This document shows positions 15,098 to 31,171 of a DNA stretch of 64,000 nt, one piece after another. This stretch comes from the human T2T-CHM13v2.0 reference genome, Homo sapiens, in assembly GCF_009914755.1 (NCBI RefSeq), contig NC_060944.1, one strand, 5' to 3'. The translations under genes and the position numbers were made by a program. The notes beneath the pieces are model-generated. The model made no database searches. It saw nothing but the letters and a program-made list of their open reading frames with translations, and was not told where the DNA came from. Each line of letters opens with the position of its first letter. Within the stretch, counting starts at the first letter, position 1.

Positions 15098-15302
15098 TTC
15101 TGGAACAGAAGGACCTGTAGATGTGGAGTATCTTGAAAGATGTGTGTGGCGACAGAAGCAAGTGCTGGGGAGTCCTGACAGTCCAGCTGCTGCAGGTTGG
15201 GGGTCATCTTGAAAATGTCCCCCTCCAGGGTCGTCAGCCGAGGCATCTTCCTCAGGTAGAGGGATGTGAGCTTCGGCAGGTCTCTGATCCACCCTGACTC
15301 AA
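15098..15302 (-). CDS. LRRN4: LRRN4 exon 3 (LRRs)
   Basis: tgtttcag|TTGAG...CAGAA|gtaagt. 205 nt, VESGWIRDLPKLTSLYLRKMPRL...LQVLLFQ. Confidence 0.96.
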
Positions 15303-16329
15303 CTGAAACACAGAAGGGAAACTGCCAACTACTCCAGAACGCACAAACCCAGGAGGCCAGCACGGCATGAAGGAAGAACGAGAGTGGCAAGGTGAATGGT
15401 GAAGGTCATCGCTGAGCACGGGCACAGTTAGCAGCTCTGGGAATCTCAGAATTGTGGTCATTTCAGCTGGAAGGGTGCTCAGGGACAAGCAGTCCTTCCT
15501 TTCTTCCAATCTGAGTCGGCCAAGGCCAGAGAGGGGATTGATTGGCCCAAGGCTACATAGCTGGAAAGCGGCAGAGACAAGGCTTGAACCCAGGACACTG
15601 TCTCCAAGTCTGTTGCTGCTCCACCTTCTCATTAAAGTCCACACAGAAAATAACCAGACTTTGCTCTGATGTCTGTCAAGTGTGGGGAACTTCTGCGGAA
15701 CGTAATTAAGGAGGCGAGGGGCCCCCAGAAACCTCATTTTGTGGCTCTCCTAATACATGGAGAACGTGCCCCTTCCCCTCGGTATTCCCCATTCTAGCTG
15801 TTTTTTCTCTTTGTCTTTGATGAAACAGGTGGTTGTAGACACGTGAAGTGTTTTTTAAAAAATAGTAAAACCGACCTTGTGAATCAAAGAACACCAAGAA
15901 CAGGAGACCGGTTATCCTCACCACTCTCCTGTGGCTTGAGTGATTAAACATTCACAGAAACTATTTTGCCCAACCAGGTAGAAAAATCAGTGAATTCATC
16001 CTGGAAGCCTCAGTCACTTCAGCTAACTGCATGTTTGCGGCTCAGTTTTTCCATTCATCAGCCCCAAAGCATGCACTCACTTCCCCATTCCACAAGCACT
16101 TATCCAGCCATGCTGGGAAGCAGAACAGAGTGGTTAAAGTTTTGGGCTCTGGACCCAGAATGCCTGGGTTCAGATTTGCTTAATGTGTGACCAAGTTTCG
16201 CCTTTCTGTGCCAGGGTTCCCTCATATGTAAAAAGGAGATGGTAACAGTTCCTATCTCTTAGGATTCAAGAAAGTGACTCCTGTGTGGCGCTTCAAACTG
16301 GGCCCGCTTGCTCGAAAAATGTAGCTGGT

Positions 16330-17300
16330 GTCTTTTTGAACCCTCCTACGAGCTGGGCACCCGGGTCACCCCTCGAGGAAGAACGCAGCCCTGCCCCCCG
16401 GAGCGCACGCGCAGCCTGGCTCTGCGCTCAGGCCGGCTGAAAACGCGGGGCGCCCGGACTCACCCCGTTCAAGGAACGTGCCGCTGAGATCCAGGACTTC
16501 GAGCGTGACCAGGGGCGCGCCATCCTCTCCAGCGAACGCCGCCTCGGCGATGCCCCCCTGGGCTCCGCGACCCAGCGCGGTGCAGGAGAGGTTGAGGAGC
16601 TGCAGCGCGGGGAAGCAGGCGAAGGCCCGGGGCTGCAGCGCCCGCAGCGGATTCCCGGCGAGCGCCAGGGCGCGGAAGCTGCTCAGCGCGGGCCCGGCGC
16701 ACGGCGGCAGAGCGGCCAGCTGGTTGTAGCTGAGGTCCAGGGTGTGCAGCCCCGCCGGCCCACCCGGGCCCCAGCGCAGCGCGGCGATGCGGTTGTGGCG
16801 CAGGGTCAGCACCTGCAGCTGCTCCAGGTGGCCGAGCTCGGAAGTGCTCAGGGCGCGCAGCAGGTTGTGGCTGGCGTCGAGGCTGCGCAGTGTGCGCGGT
16901 AGGCAGCCGGGCAGGCGCTCCAGGTTGCGGTTCGCCAGGGTCAAGGCCGTCGCATCCGCGGCGGGCAGCCCCTCGCAGGGCGAGTCGGTGGCGTTGCTGC
17001 CACTGCTCCCCCAGGGGCCCTGCTGAGTGACCCGGAAGAGCGGGACCTTCTCCTGGGGAGGGTCTGCCCAGCTGGGGCGCAGCACCGTCAGCAGCAGCAG
17101 CGGTAGGGTTTGCCGCATGGCGTCTGGGGAGAGAACAGCAGGACGCCCATCAAATCCACAGGAACCCCCGCACAAAGAGTCAGATGCGCGTCCCAACCCT
17201 ACCTCCAGGGCTCTGAGGAGGAGCACAGGCGCTGGATGTTCCCTGCAGGGCGGGGAGACGTTCCCAGAGTCGCCTAGTGTGCAGTGACCTCTCCCCTGTC
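16330..17300. promoter_or_regulatory. CpG island over LRRN4 exon 2
   Basis: Very dense CpG and high GC. Confidence 0.8.
16464..17118 (-). CDS. LRRN4: LRRN4 exon 2 coding part (signal peptide plus LRRs)
   Basis: Acceptor ccccag|ACGCCATG with the exon starting at 17123. MRQTLPLLLLTVLRPSWA signal peptide, LxxLxLxxNxL repeats, donor CGGG|gtgagt. Exons total 655+205+138+1225=2223 nt = 740 aa. Confidence 0.97.
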
Positions 17301-18148
17301 GGCTTTTGCCCTGTCGTCTCCCCTAGGAGCACTGTGATACCCCCTGCTCTTCCTCCCCTCAAGGATGCCTTTTCCTCTTCTCGTGAGAGGGAGGCCTTCT
17401 TCATCTGTCCAATCTGGGCCTGAATCTCTCAATAACTCCCTCCGTTTATGTACCCCCATCCTGTGAGCTTCTACAGGAAAGGGATGTCCCCTTTATTGCT
17501 GCAAACTCTCCCCAGGTAAACAGTCACTGCTCCATAAACGTGAATGCCCTCAGGAGGCTAGAAACATGAGGAAGATTTTGTCCGTTCAGCAACTCTCAGT
17601 TACCCCGCTTTTCCCCATTAGAACTGCCCAGCCGCAGGGGAATCCTAGTTTGCCTAAAATAAGTCTTGGAGTCAGTTTCTTGGCAGCATGCTCAGGGTTG
17701 CCTTCAGCAGAAGAACAAAGCCCTGTGAACCCTGGAGTCAAACATTTGCTGGTCCCATGTGGGTTCCAACAAAAGCCAGAGCCCCCAGTATTAGCCCTGC
17801 CCAGGAGGGATGGCTGAGAGCTGCTAGTTGTGGAATTTCTGGACTACCTAGGGTTGCACAGGTCAGCTAGGAGATCAAGCAGAGGAAGATCCGGCAGCCA
17901 TGGGCTAGCTTGGGAGTGGCAAAGATACCGTTAACCATGCCCTGGCCATGAGGTCACTGCTCCATATCCCTCATCACTGCAGATGTGTATTCCTGCCCCA
18001 GCTCTCTGTGCTGACCAGTAGATCTCCGAGTCACCACCCAGGCTCCAGGGGAAGGGTCTCCCTATTACTAGCTGGGGATGAAGGCAGTGAGAAAGATCCT
18101 GGAACCTGAAGCCAGGAGCGTGTGCACCCAGCAGTGTGTCATGCTTAC

Positions 18149-18190
18149 CTGGAAGTGGTCCTTTTGGAGTGTGGCTTCTCTGGATGCACC
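18149..18190 (-). other. LRRN4: LRRN4 non-coding exon 1 (3' end firm, 5' end uncertain and possibly further upstream)
   Basis: Consensus donor CCAG|gtaagc at 18149/18148, about 1 kb upstream of exon 2. Confidence 0.6.
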
Positions 18191-18209
18191 TCTGAAGTTC
18201 TCAGTTTTG

Positions 18210-18216
18210 TTTTATA
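18210..18216 (-). promoter_or_regulatory. LRRN4: Candidate TATA box (TATAAAA) for LRRN4
   Basis: TATAAAA about 65 nt upstream of the exon 1 donor, in a CpG-poor promoter. Confidence 0.45.
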
Positions 18217-19015
18217 GATTCTAGGGACCACTGATTTGGACAGCAACTCAGCTATGAACTCCAGAGGGAGGCCTGTCTCCCAGCTGCCTCTCTCCCACAA
18301 CCCCCATCCACTGAGAGGGACTGAGATACTCCAGTCTTTCCCATTGCTCCTCCTTTCCCATCAAGACGCTGTTGTCTTTAGCCAACACCCTCATTGCTCA
18401 GCTCCCTCCTCTCCCGCTAGGGCCTGCCCCTGGCCCTTTCCAGGCCTGGCACCTCCTCCTAGCCCTCCCCATCTTTACCTCTCGGAACACTACCTTTCCC
18501 AGGCTGGAGAAATGAAAGGAGTAGCGGTGAGGGCTAGTGGAGTGCAGTGAGGCAGAGCAGCGCTGTCACCTCTTAGGAATTTGATCCTTCCTGCCAGGTG
18601 GCTCCCATTTTCTGGGATGGCTGGAAGCCAATTCTCCCAAAGGAGGGAAGGCATCCGAGTCTAGAGGAAGCTTGCAGGGATTTCCAGGAAAAAGTGGCAG
18701 GAGAGAGGATCCTCAGAAGGGTCTGGGGCAGAGCAGGCTCAAACCAGACCCAAGAGGCCCCGAGGACAGTTTGTTTGGTGGCTCTGGGCCCCCGCTCAGT
18801 GACAGTGTGGACGTTTGTCTCTCGTAAGGAGTGAGAATAAACAGAGGACAGAAATGCAGAAAGAACATTCCCGCTGCATGCCTGGGAGGATGGGTCCTGA
18901 TTACCAGCCCCAGGTCTCCCGAAGATGTGATGCTTGAGTGAGCTTTGTTTAGAGACCTTTTTTTTTTTTTTTTTTAGTTTTTAAATAAAAATATTCATTT
19001 TTATCTTACACCTAT

Positions 19016-19374
19016 TGATATGGTTTGGCTGTGTCTCCGCCAAAATCTCAACTTGAATTGTATCTCCCAGAATTCCTGTGTGTTGTGGGAGGGACCCAGA
19101 GGAAGGCAATTGAATCATGGGGGCCAGTCTTTCCCATGCTGTTCTCCTGATAGTGAATAAGTCTCACAAGATCTGATGAGTTTATCAGGGGTTTCCGCTT
19201 TTGCTTCTTCCTCATTGTCTTTCGCTGCCACCATGTAAGAAGAGTCTTTTGCCTCCCGTCATGATTCTGAGGGCTCCCCAACTACATAGAACTGTAAGTC
19301 CAATTAAACCTCTTTTTCTTCCCAGTTTCTTCCCAGTTTCTTTCCCAGTTTCAGCATGAAAAGAGACTAACACA
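19016..19374 (+). mobile_element. THE1A-like solo LTR (MaLR)
   Basis: TGATATGGTTTGGCTGTGT...GACTAACACA, THE1A-type tttatcaggggtttccgcttttgcttcttcctc, perfect 5-bp TSD CCTAT. Confidence 0.9.
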
Positions 19375-20134
19375 CCTATATATAATAAATGTTCACTTAT
19401 TATACTCTATGTTGTAGTCATAATGAAAGGAAATACTAAATAACAAAATGTTTAGAAGTGATTATCTCTAGATGGTGGGATGACGGGATTTAGGTGGCTT
19501 TATTTTCTTTTTCTTTTTTTTTTTTTGTTTAGAGCAGACAGCACCTCTCTCTCCCAGAGTCCCAAGGCAGAGCTCGGTCATTTCCTCTGAGGGCCTTTGA
19601 TCTGCATCCTCCCCCAATCCCGCCTAGCCCCATCTGAGAGTTCATCAGGGTTAATGAGCCACAGCTTTGCGTGACAGACACTGAGACCAGAACTTTCCTC
19701 CTGTCAGTCCTTATCTGGACAGCCCTGAGGAACTCCAGGATACCTCAGAAACTGGCCTATTAGGGTTGATTGGTTAATTGGAAATTCCCGAGGATCTCCA
19801 TTGAGGCCTTCTCCACCCACAGCCTGAAGATCTTTCCAGTCTCAGTGCCAGCTAGGACCCTGCTGCTCACAAGCGTTGCTCCTCTGCCCGAGCGGGGCAG
19901 GGAGAGGCCGCTCTGTGCTCCCCAGCCTGGGGCTCATGCAGTCACCTCCCAGGGAGCCTGGGCCCAGGCCCCAGAGGTATAAACACATGCCATGGAGACA
20001 TAGGAGGCCAGGTGGGAAGAAGTCAGAGAGAGGTGGGTTCAGCTTAGAGGTGGGGTCAGCACGCAGACCAGTGGGCAGCCTGCTTCCTCTTTGCCTTTGC
20101 ACGGACAGCTCCACGCCCAATAATTAAAACATTA

Positions 20135-20260
20135 AGCCAGGCATGGTGGCTTATGCCTGTAATCCCAGCATGTTGGGAGGCTGAGGCAGGAAGGCAGGAG
20201 TTCAAGACAGGCCTGGGCGACATAGCAAGACCTCGTCTCTATCAAACAAACAAACAAAAA
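20135..20260 (+). mobile_element. Alu monomer (FLAM-like)
   Basis: Left-arm Alu with (AAAC)n tail. Confidence 0.75.
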
Positions 20261-21008
20261 GAATTAGAACATCATGTTTCCCTCAGAGTTAAACCAGCCA
20301 GGTCCACCCATGTAAGGCGACTGACCATGCTGAGGCCAGCAGGGGTTTGGGGAGTCCAGGCAGGGCTTTCCCAGATGAGAGGGAGCCAAATCCATGGAAA
20401 CACGCCTGGACTGAACAGAGACCCTGAGGGGGAAGGAAGCTGGTTCACTGCGGAGGCCTATAAAACAGGACCTTGGGGAGCCATGTCGGGGTGCTACTCC
20501 TCTGTGCACCAGTAGGCGAGGGTTCTGGAGTGGCCCTGGCTGAGGAATTCCCCTGGAGGCATCATCCTGTGGTTGCCTGAAGCCCCAGGCCCTCTGAGCC
20601 AACTTCTTGCCACTGCTGCTTGCTGGCCAGTTTGCCAGTGGTGGCAAGGGCCTGGCCTGGCCAGGCTGACCTGAGGTTGGCCCTCTGGACTGTCCTGTTT
20701 CCCTGGTCATACCCAGCCCTAGCACACACATCCTTGGCAGGCTGCCCCGTGCGGCTTCTGAGCTGGGGAGGCTGATGGCAGACCGTACATGGCAGGGTTT
20801 GCTTATCGGTCTTTCTGGGGCAGTCAGTTGGCCTTGCCCCAGTGGGTAGTCCACTCTGCTTAGCTTCATCATCTCCTTTTTAAAAACTGAGCAGTTACTA
20901 TAGTCAGAGCCTAATGCCATATGCATAGTCTCGTCTAATCCTCCCCAGGTACTTACTATTATATTACAGACGAAGAAACTGAGGCTCGCAAAGGTTTTTG
21001 TGCTCTAG

Positions 21009-21415
<407 letters not shown>

Positions 21416-24358
21416 TTAAGCACAAGAGAATCTTCTCCAAATACTTAGACCCAAATTGTGTGAGAAGCCAAGACACTGGGAAATTTCCTGCCATAGTTGA
21501 GCAGCTCATTCTCAAAATACACAGGGCTGACTTCTTGGGTCACTGTGGGCCCAAGACTGAAGAGGATGACTGGGTAGGGCCTACCAGGCACCTCTCAGGG
21601 AGGCTCAGCCCTCTTTTCCAGCCTTTTCTCCTCTTCTAGCACTTCTTGGAGGTCAGGACAAGAGGACTAAAGTGTTTGTCCTCTCCAGAGAAGAATGCTA
21701 AGGTCTTGCAACACAATCCTGGAACCAACAAATATGCGTCCTTCAAATGCCACGCCAAGTGCTGTGCCATGCTTGCCCTCCATGGTTTTACTGTAGCTGT
21801 TCCTCTGCCTGGATGCCCCCCATTTTATTGCCTTAGTCTCTATTTCAGCTAATTTTTTTTATAACTAGCGTGGGCCCTCTTGAAAGGAGACCCTGAAATA
21901 TACACCTGGGTGCCATACCCATAATTTATTTGGGAGGCGATCTCAAGGAGTGCGGAGATGGAATAAGGAAGTGAGACAGGGAAGGAAAGGCACTGATGAT
22001 GTGTTGATGAGCAGAGACTGCCGTGGACAACTGGGGCTCCATCTTGCTGGGGGCCTCATCTTGCTGGGGGCCTCTGTAAGACTGTGTAGAGCATACCTCA
22101 GGATTGTTCCATTAAGTGGCAAGGAAGAGGGGATATCTATCCACCAGCTTCTGCTTTTTGTTGGTTTGAGGGTTCTTCTGTGGCTTTAACTTCCTGGCAC
22201 ATAGATCAAGCAACTCCATGGAGGGCTAAGGGGATAGGGTAGGCACTGACAGCACCTGCTATAGCATCCTTCAAGATTTCACCCAAGCGGATGCCCCCAG
22301 GCGAATTAAGTGCCTTCCTTGGTATTCTTTCCTAGGTAACATTGGCTACCTTTCATCAAGCAGATTGATGTGGCTCATTCTGTAGTTTAGGACTAAACTT
22401 CCTGATAACAGAGCCGCATGGTTTATTTCCTAGCCCTAGTGCCTGGGGTGGCGTCTGGCACACAGGAGAAATGTTCTGACAAATGAATGGGAAAAGGTAT
22501 GACAGTGTACATGGAGGATCATGGTGTTCTTCACAATTCCCAGGAGTGGATGGGGCAGGACTCAAAACAGTAAAAATCAAATTCAAGTTCCTGAAATTCA
22601 CAGCTCAAGTCCTCCAGCATCCCAGCATTGAGAAGGGCTAAGATGAGAGTTGAGACGGAGGAGTGAGCAAAAGTGGAGGTAGAAAATTGAGTCCCAGAAA
22701 ACCTTCCAATTCAGATTCCCCACATTCTTAGGATCTTTGAGAGAAAAAATCTGTTGGAAGATTACAAGGTTAGACAGTAAAACTATAGCAGCAGGGGGAA
22801 AAAAGAGCCAGTAATTATATACTTGGCCACACTTTTATGGATTTAGATAAAAATCAGAGTCATGGATCTTTGGCCTTAGAAAGAACTTTAGAAGTTGTCT
22901 GGTCCCATCCCTCCTTGTCGATTTTAGGAGAAAACTGAGCCCCAGAGAGAGAAATTGGCTTGTCTGAGGTCACACAGTGTTGAGTTCCTAATTACCCAGT
23001 GAAAAGCAAAGGCGATCTAATTCTCACTGTTTCACTCTGGCTCTGGGTTTATTTGCACAGCTAACAAGGTCTCACCTGCCCTGATATTAGCAATGTGAGT
23101 CTTTCCCTGAAGGTATGGCTAAGTAAACACACCTGGCAAGCATCAAGCCACAGAGCGGTTTCAGGGGCTCTGACTCCAGCTGTTCCCATTTACCCCCAGA
23201 ACTCCAGGAATAATTACTCCCAATACAGACTGCCCCAGAGACCCAGAATTGGTATCTTCTAAGTGAGTCCTGTCCAGCTCTCTTTACAACTCTTGCAGCC
23301 TGCAATGGGGTGATGAGGGCTGGCCCAGGTGACAGGTGACTGCTTGGCCAGCTGCCCCTGCCCTGCTCTCCAGATGCCAGTCAGCTACGCTGAGGGGTCT
23401 TCCCCAAAACATGGGAGTCAGAATGTACACGCCTAAAGATTACATTCTTCTCTGACACCAGAGATAAGCCAGAAGAATGGGAGGGTGATTGTGGGAGGAG
23501 ACGGTACCAGGTTGTCAAGTCTCCGGGAAGAGCCAGCTCTCTCCCAAAATGGAATGTAGAAAAGAGGCTTCCAAGTGGTAGACACCAAGATATCTGAGTG
23601 GGTTCACTGACGTGGCTGCCCTGCCTGTGAGGAAATGATCTGGAGGAAATAAAGTAGTAATGGGTTGAGACGCATGTTTATTTTCTTTTTGAAGTGTCAC
23701 TCACCAAGTCATATTTCAGCATGAGGATTGATAGAATGCTTAGAATTTTAGAAGATACCATTTGAGATCCTTTTAAAATCCATAGTGGAAAAGATTCAAA
23801 CAGAAATGTGAGTTCAGACTCTAACCTGCCACTTTATTTTGCATGTGACTTTAGGAAGTGGGATGGGACAGTGGATAGGAAAATTTACAAATTATATTCT
23901 GGAATTTACCACAGCCAGAGGCAGCATACTAGGGGAAAAGGACCTTAACTGGGACACAAGACGCTGGATTCTCATTCCGACACCGCTACCATCTTTCTGG
24001 GTACAGTGTCTGTGTTCTTAAGCTTCTGTCTATTTCTTATTTTTCATCTGTAAAGTAAATGAATTGGCTTAGCAGTTCAGCACATGTATCTTGAGACCAT
24101 GCTAGTGTACGACCCAGGTGCTCAGGAGATAACACGGGGGCTCAGAGATGAACAAGGCTTGGACCCTTCCCTCAAGCAGTTCCCAGCCTAGAAGGGATGG
24201 AAGACAGAAAAAAATCATGCACAGTGTGAGCACACAGCACATCACAAAAAGTTGAACTGTGAGCTCTGTTCATCCAGAAATTATGTCTAACTTGTTCACT
24301 GCTGCATCTGAGTATCTGGCAGCAACTGCACACCATAGATGCTTAAGAGAGATTTACT

Positions 24359-24733
<375 letters not shown>

Positions 24734-24989
24734 TCAGTTACATTTCCTTATTTGGAATTTTCTTCAGAAGAGCAGTCGGGGTTTGTCTGTGCATTTATTT
24801 AGATTTCTAATATGTTAACGAAAATTCTTTCAAAAATAGAAGTGCTTGACAAACAAAGCAATGATTTGGAATCTTGTGGAGCTCGAGTGTTATTTATTCC
24901 CCATTGCTATAGAAACGTGCAGATGCATTGTGGATGTTCAGGAACATTTTGTTGAATGAAAAAATGCATGCTGTTCAATAAGTATAGGA

Positions 24990-25620
24990 GCATATGCTCA
25001 ACATCATTATTTACCACTGAAATGCAAATTTAAGCCAAAATGAGATACTATAGTACACCCACCAGAATGGCCAAAATTCAAAAGATTGACAATATCAAAT
25101 GTTGCCAAGGTTGTGGAGCAAATGTAACTTTTTTTGAGGTGGGGGTCTCACTATGTTGTCCAGGCTAATCTCAAACTCCTGGGCTTAAATGGTGCCTGGC
25201 TAGAACTCATATGCTGCTGGTGGGAATGTCAAATGGTATAGCTACTTTGGAAAACTTCTTGGCAGTCTCTATGAATGCTAGGCATATGTCTACCCTATTA
25301 CTCAGAAATTACACTCCTGGGTTTATACTCAAGAGAAATGAGTGTGTATAGCCACCAAAAGAATGTTTATAGCAACTTTATAAATGCTCCAAAATGGAAA
25401 CAACCCAAAAGGCTATCAATAGAAAAACTGATATGTAAATCATGGTATAGTCATACAACGGGTTACTATACAGCCACAAAAAAGAATGAACTATGCCATG
25501 CTTAACAACACAGATGAATCTCTTAGCCAAACACAAAAGAGTACATACTATATGGGTTTATTTTTATGAAATTCAAGAACAGGCAAAACTAATCAATGGT
25601 CAGAATAATGGTTACCTCTT
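24990..25620 (+). mobile_element. Old L1 (L1M-type) 3' fragment with a small Alu piece
   Basis: aaatgcaaatt...atgagatac...ggtgggaatgtcaaatggta...aaatggaaacaacccaaa... typical of the L1 3' region. Confidence 0.75.
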
Positions 25621-26894
25621 AACAGCATCCCAGGCAGAGGGAATTCCCGTTCTAAATCAGTGGTCAGAATAGTGGTTATCTTTTAAGAGCATCCCAGGCA
25701 GAGGGCCCAGTATGTGAAAGAAATGGAGGCTTGACAAGGCGTGGTGTGTTGAGCAAACAGGTAGTTCAGTATGGTGGGGGGGGGGGGGGTGGGAGGATGT
25801 GGGGGCCATGGAGGAGGAGTGTAGGGAGGAGAGATTGGAAAGGTTATTTGGGGTCATTCTGTGAAAGGCTCTGTGGTAGTCATCAGGGCTATTGGCCATA
25901 TACTTCAGGTTTTGCCTCTTTTGGCTACTGGTAGGATTGTACTGCCTGGCCCTTTGTGGGTGGGTGGGGCCATGTTTCCACGTTTTGTTCTGGCCAATGA
26001 TTTGCAACAGGAAGTGATGTGTGTCACTTCCAGACAATGCCATCCAATTGTTAGTATGAGGCCCTCCAGAGCTCTGTCTTCCTCACCGGCATGCCAGTTG
26101 CCACTATTTGATGGTGGTTGCTCCATCAGCCTGGATCCCTAGGAAGACCCGAGCTCCCCCAGGGCTGATCACATTGCATAGATAGTATGAGAGATAAAAC
26201 TTTGTGGTTTTTGGGTGCTTGTTACCACAGCATAACCTGTTTATTTGGACTGACACAGGCCTTGATTACAGTGTCACGTTCATAGGTTCATTTATTCATT
26301 CACTCATCATGTTGAATGCTGCTCTGTGCTAGATACTGTTCTAAATGCCAGAGCAGGCATAGTCCCTCCTCTCAAGGAGCTCTCATTCTGTTGGGGAACA
26401 CAGACAATATGCAAATAAATGAACACGGTCATTATGGATTTTTAAATTTTTATTTATTTTAAATTTTTTAATTTCTGTGGGTGCATAGTAGGTAATTATA
26501 GATTGCAATTAGAGTTATAAAGGAAATAAACAGGTTGATGTGACATAAAGGAATTGGAAAGGAGAGTGGAGATGGTCATCAAGAAGGGTGACTTTATTTG
26601 AACTGAGACCTGAGGATGAGAGGGAGCTGTCATGCACGGGGCCATGGGAATTATGTTCCAGGCAATAGCAAGAAAGAGCCTGCTATGTTTGAGATGCCCT
26701 TGTTGCTGTGTGGATTGCAGGCAAAAGCAAAGCTGGAGAGTTACATTAGGAAGCTGTTGAAAATGCCCATGGGGGGAGGTGGTGATGTTGCCCTGAGAGT
26801 AATGACAGTAAAGGCAAAGACAAGTACACGGATTTGAAATATGTTTTGAAAGTAGAATCAACAGGATCTGTTGGTGGATTGGAAGTGAGGTGTG

Positions 26895-28765
<1,871 letters not shown>

Positions 28766-29520
28766 GGATGATAGGAAAGAAGGCATGAAGGAGGATTCCC
28801 AGGCTTTTGGCTGAGAACTGGCTGGATTGAGATGCCATTTCCTGGGATAGAGGGATCTGAGAGAGCAACCTATGAGGGGTAGGGAAACCACAGGCTCGTT
28901 CTGGCCATGTGAAGTTTAAGATGTCTGTCAGGCCTCCAAGGAAATGTTGAGGAGACAATTGGCCATCCAGCTCTGGAATTCAGGGGAGAGCTGGGGCTAC
29001 ATTTGGGAGGCATCAGAGTGAGATGGTGCTTAAAGCCAATAGACGGGTTGAGGTCACCTAGGGAAGGTGAGTAGAGACGGAAGAGAAGGGGATTAAGCTA
29101 TCATTCTATCCTTTGAAGGTGGGCAGAGGAGGAGGAATGAGCTGAGGTGGATGAGAAGGAGCAGTCAGGGAGATAGAAGAAAACTCACGAAAGTTTGATA
29201 CCGTAAAAGGGGAGAGGCCTGTTTCATTGAGGAAAGCATGGCTGATCAGGTTTTTAGAGACTAAATAAGAGGAGACATTTATGACCTGGACAAGAGCAGG
29301 GTCTACTGAGGGGTTGAGACTGAAGCAGGAGAGGAGTGAGTTAGGACACGGGAAAGTGTGTGTTAGCCTTCTTAACTCTCTGGAGAAGCTTTAGGGTGAG
29401 ATGGAACAGAAGAATAGGGCGAGGTAGAGTTTAAAAACTATTTAAGGTGGGGGACGTTGTTGTGGTTATTTCTTGCTGACAAGTATCCCAAAACTTAGTG
29501 GCTTAAAACAAGTCATTATT

Positions 29521-30421
<901 letters not shown>

Positions 30422-30806
30422 TATTTGATTCCGTTATTTTGTGGGTTAGGAATTTGGTTAGCGCCCCCCTAGATGATTGTTTTGCTCCTTGCAGCATTGA
30501 CTGGGGTCACTGCTGGTAGTCAGCTGTTGAAAGGGCTGGTTTGAGGGTTTAAGGTGGCTTCACTCACATGCCTGGCACCTTGATGGGGATGACTAGAAGG
30601 CTACGCTCCACCAGGACTATCGACTGGAGTGCAGACATGTGACTTCTCTAGCATGGCGGCCTCAGGGTAATTGAAGTTCTTGCAAAGTGGTCTCAGGGCT
30701 CTGTGAGGGAGTGCTCCAGCACAGGACAGATGCTGCTTGGCCTTTCATGACCTATGCATGGAGGTCACATAGTATCCCTTTTGCTGTACTCTATTGGTCA
30801 ATCTAG

Positions 30807-31171
<365 letters not shown>

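Noticed and set aside
16366-17226. 286-aa ORF suggesting an N-terminal extension and a secreted intron-2 read-through form of LRRN4
   Set aside because: The extension lies in intron 1, upstream of a clear acceptor and a Kozak ATG at 17118. I found no minus-strand AATAAA in intron 2 to support a truncated form.
20264-20926. 220-aa minus-strand ORF upstream of LRRN4
   Set aside because: No recognisable domain, low-information composition, and both ends abut repeats. Likely chance.
30460-30476. CTCF-like GCGCCCCCCTAGATG
   Set aside because: An extra base in the core and a poor 5' half make it much weaker than the site at 43115.
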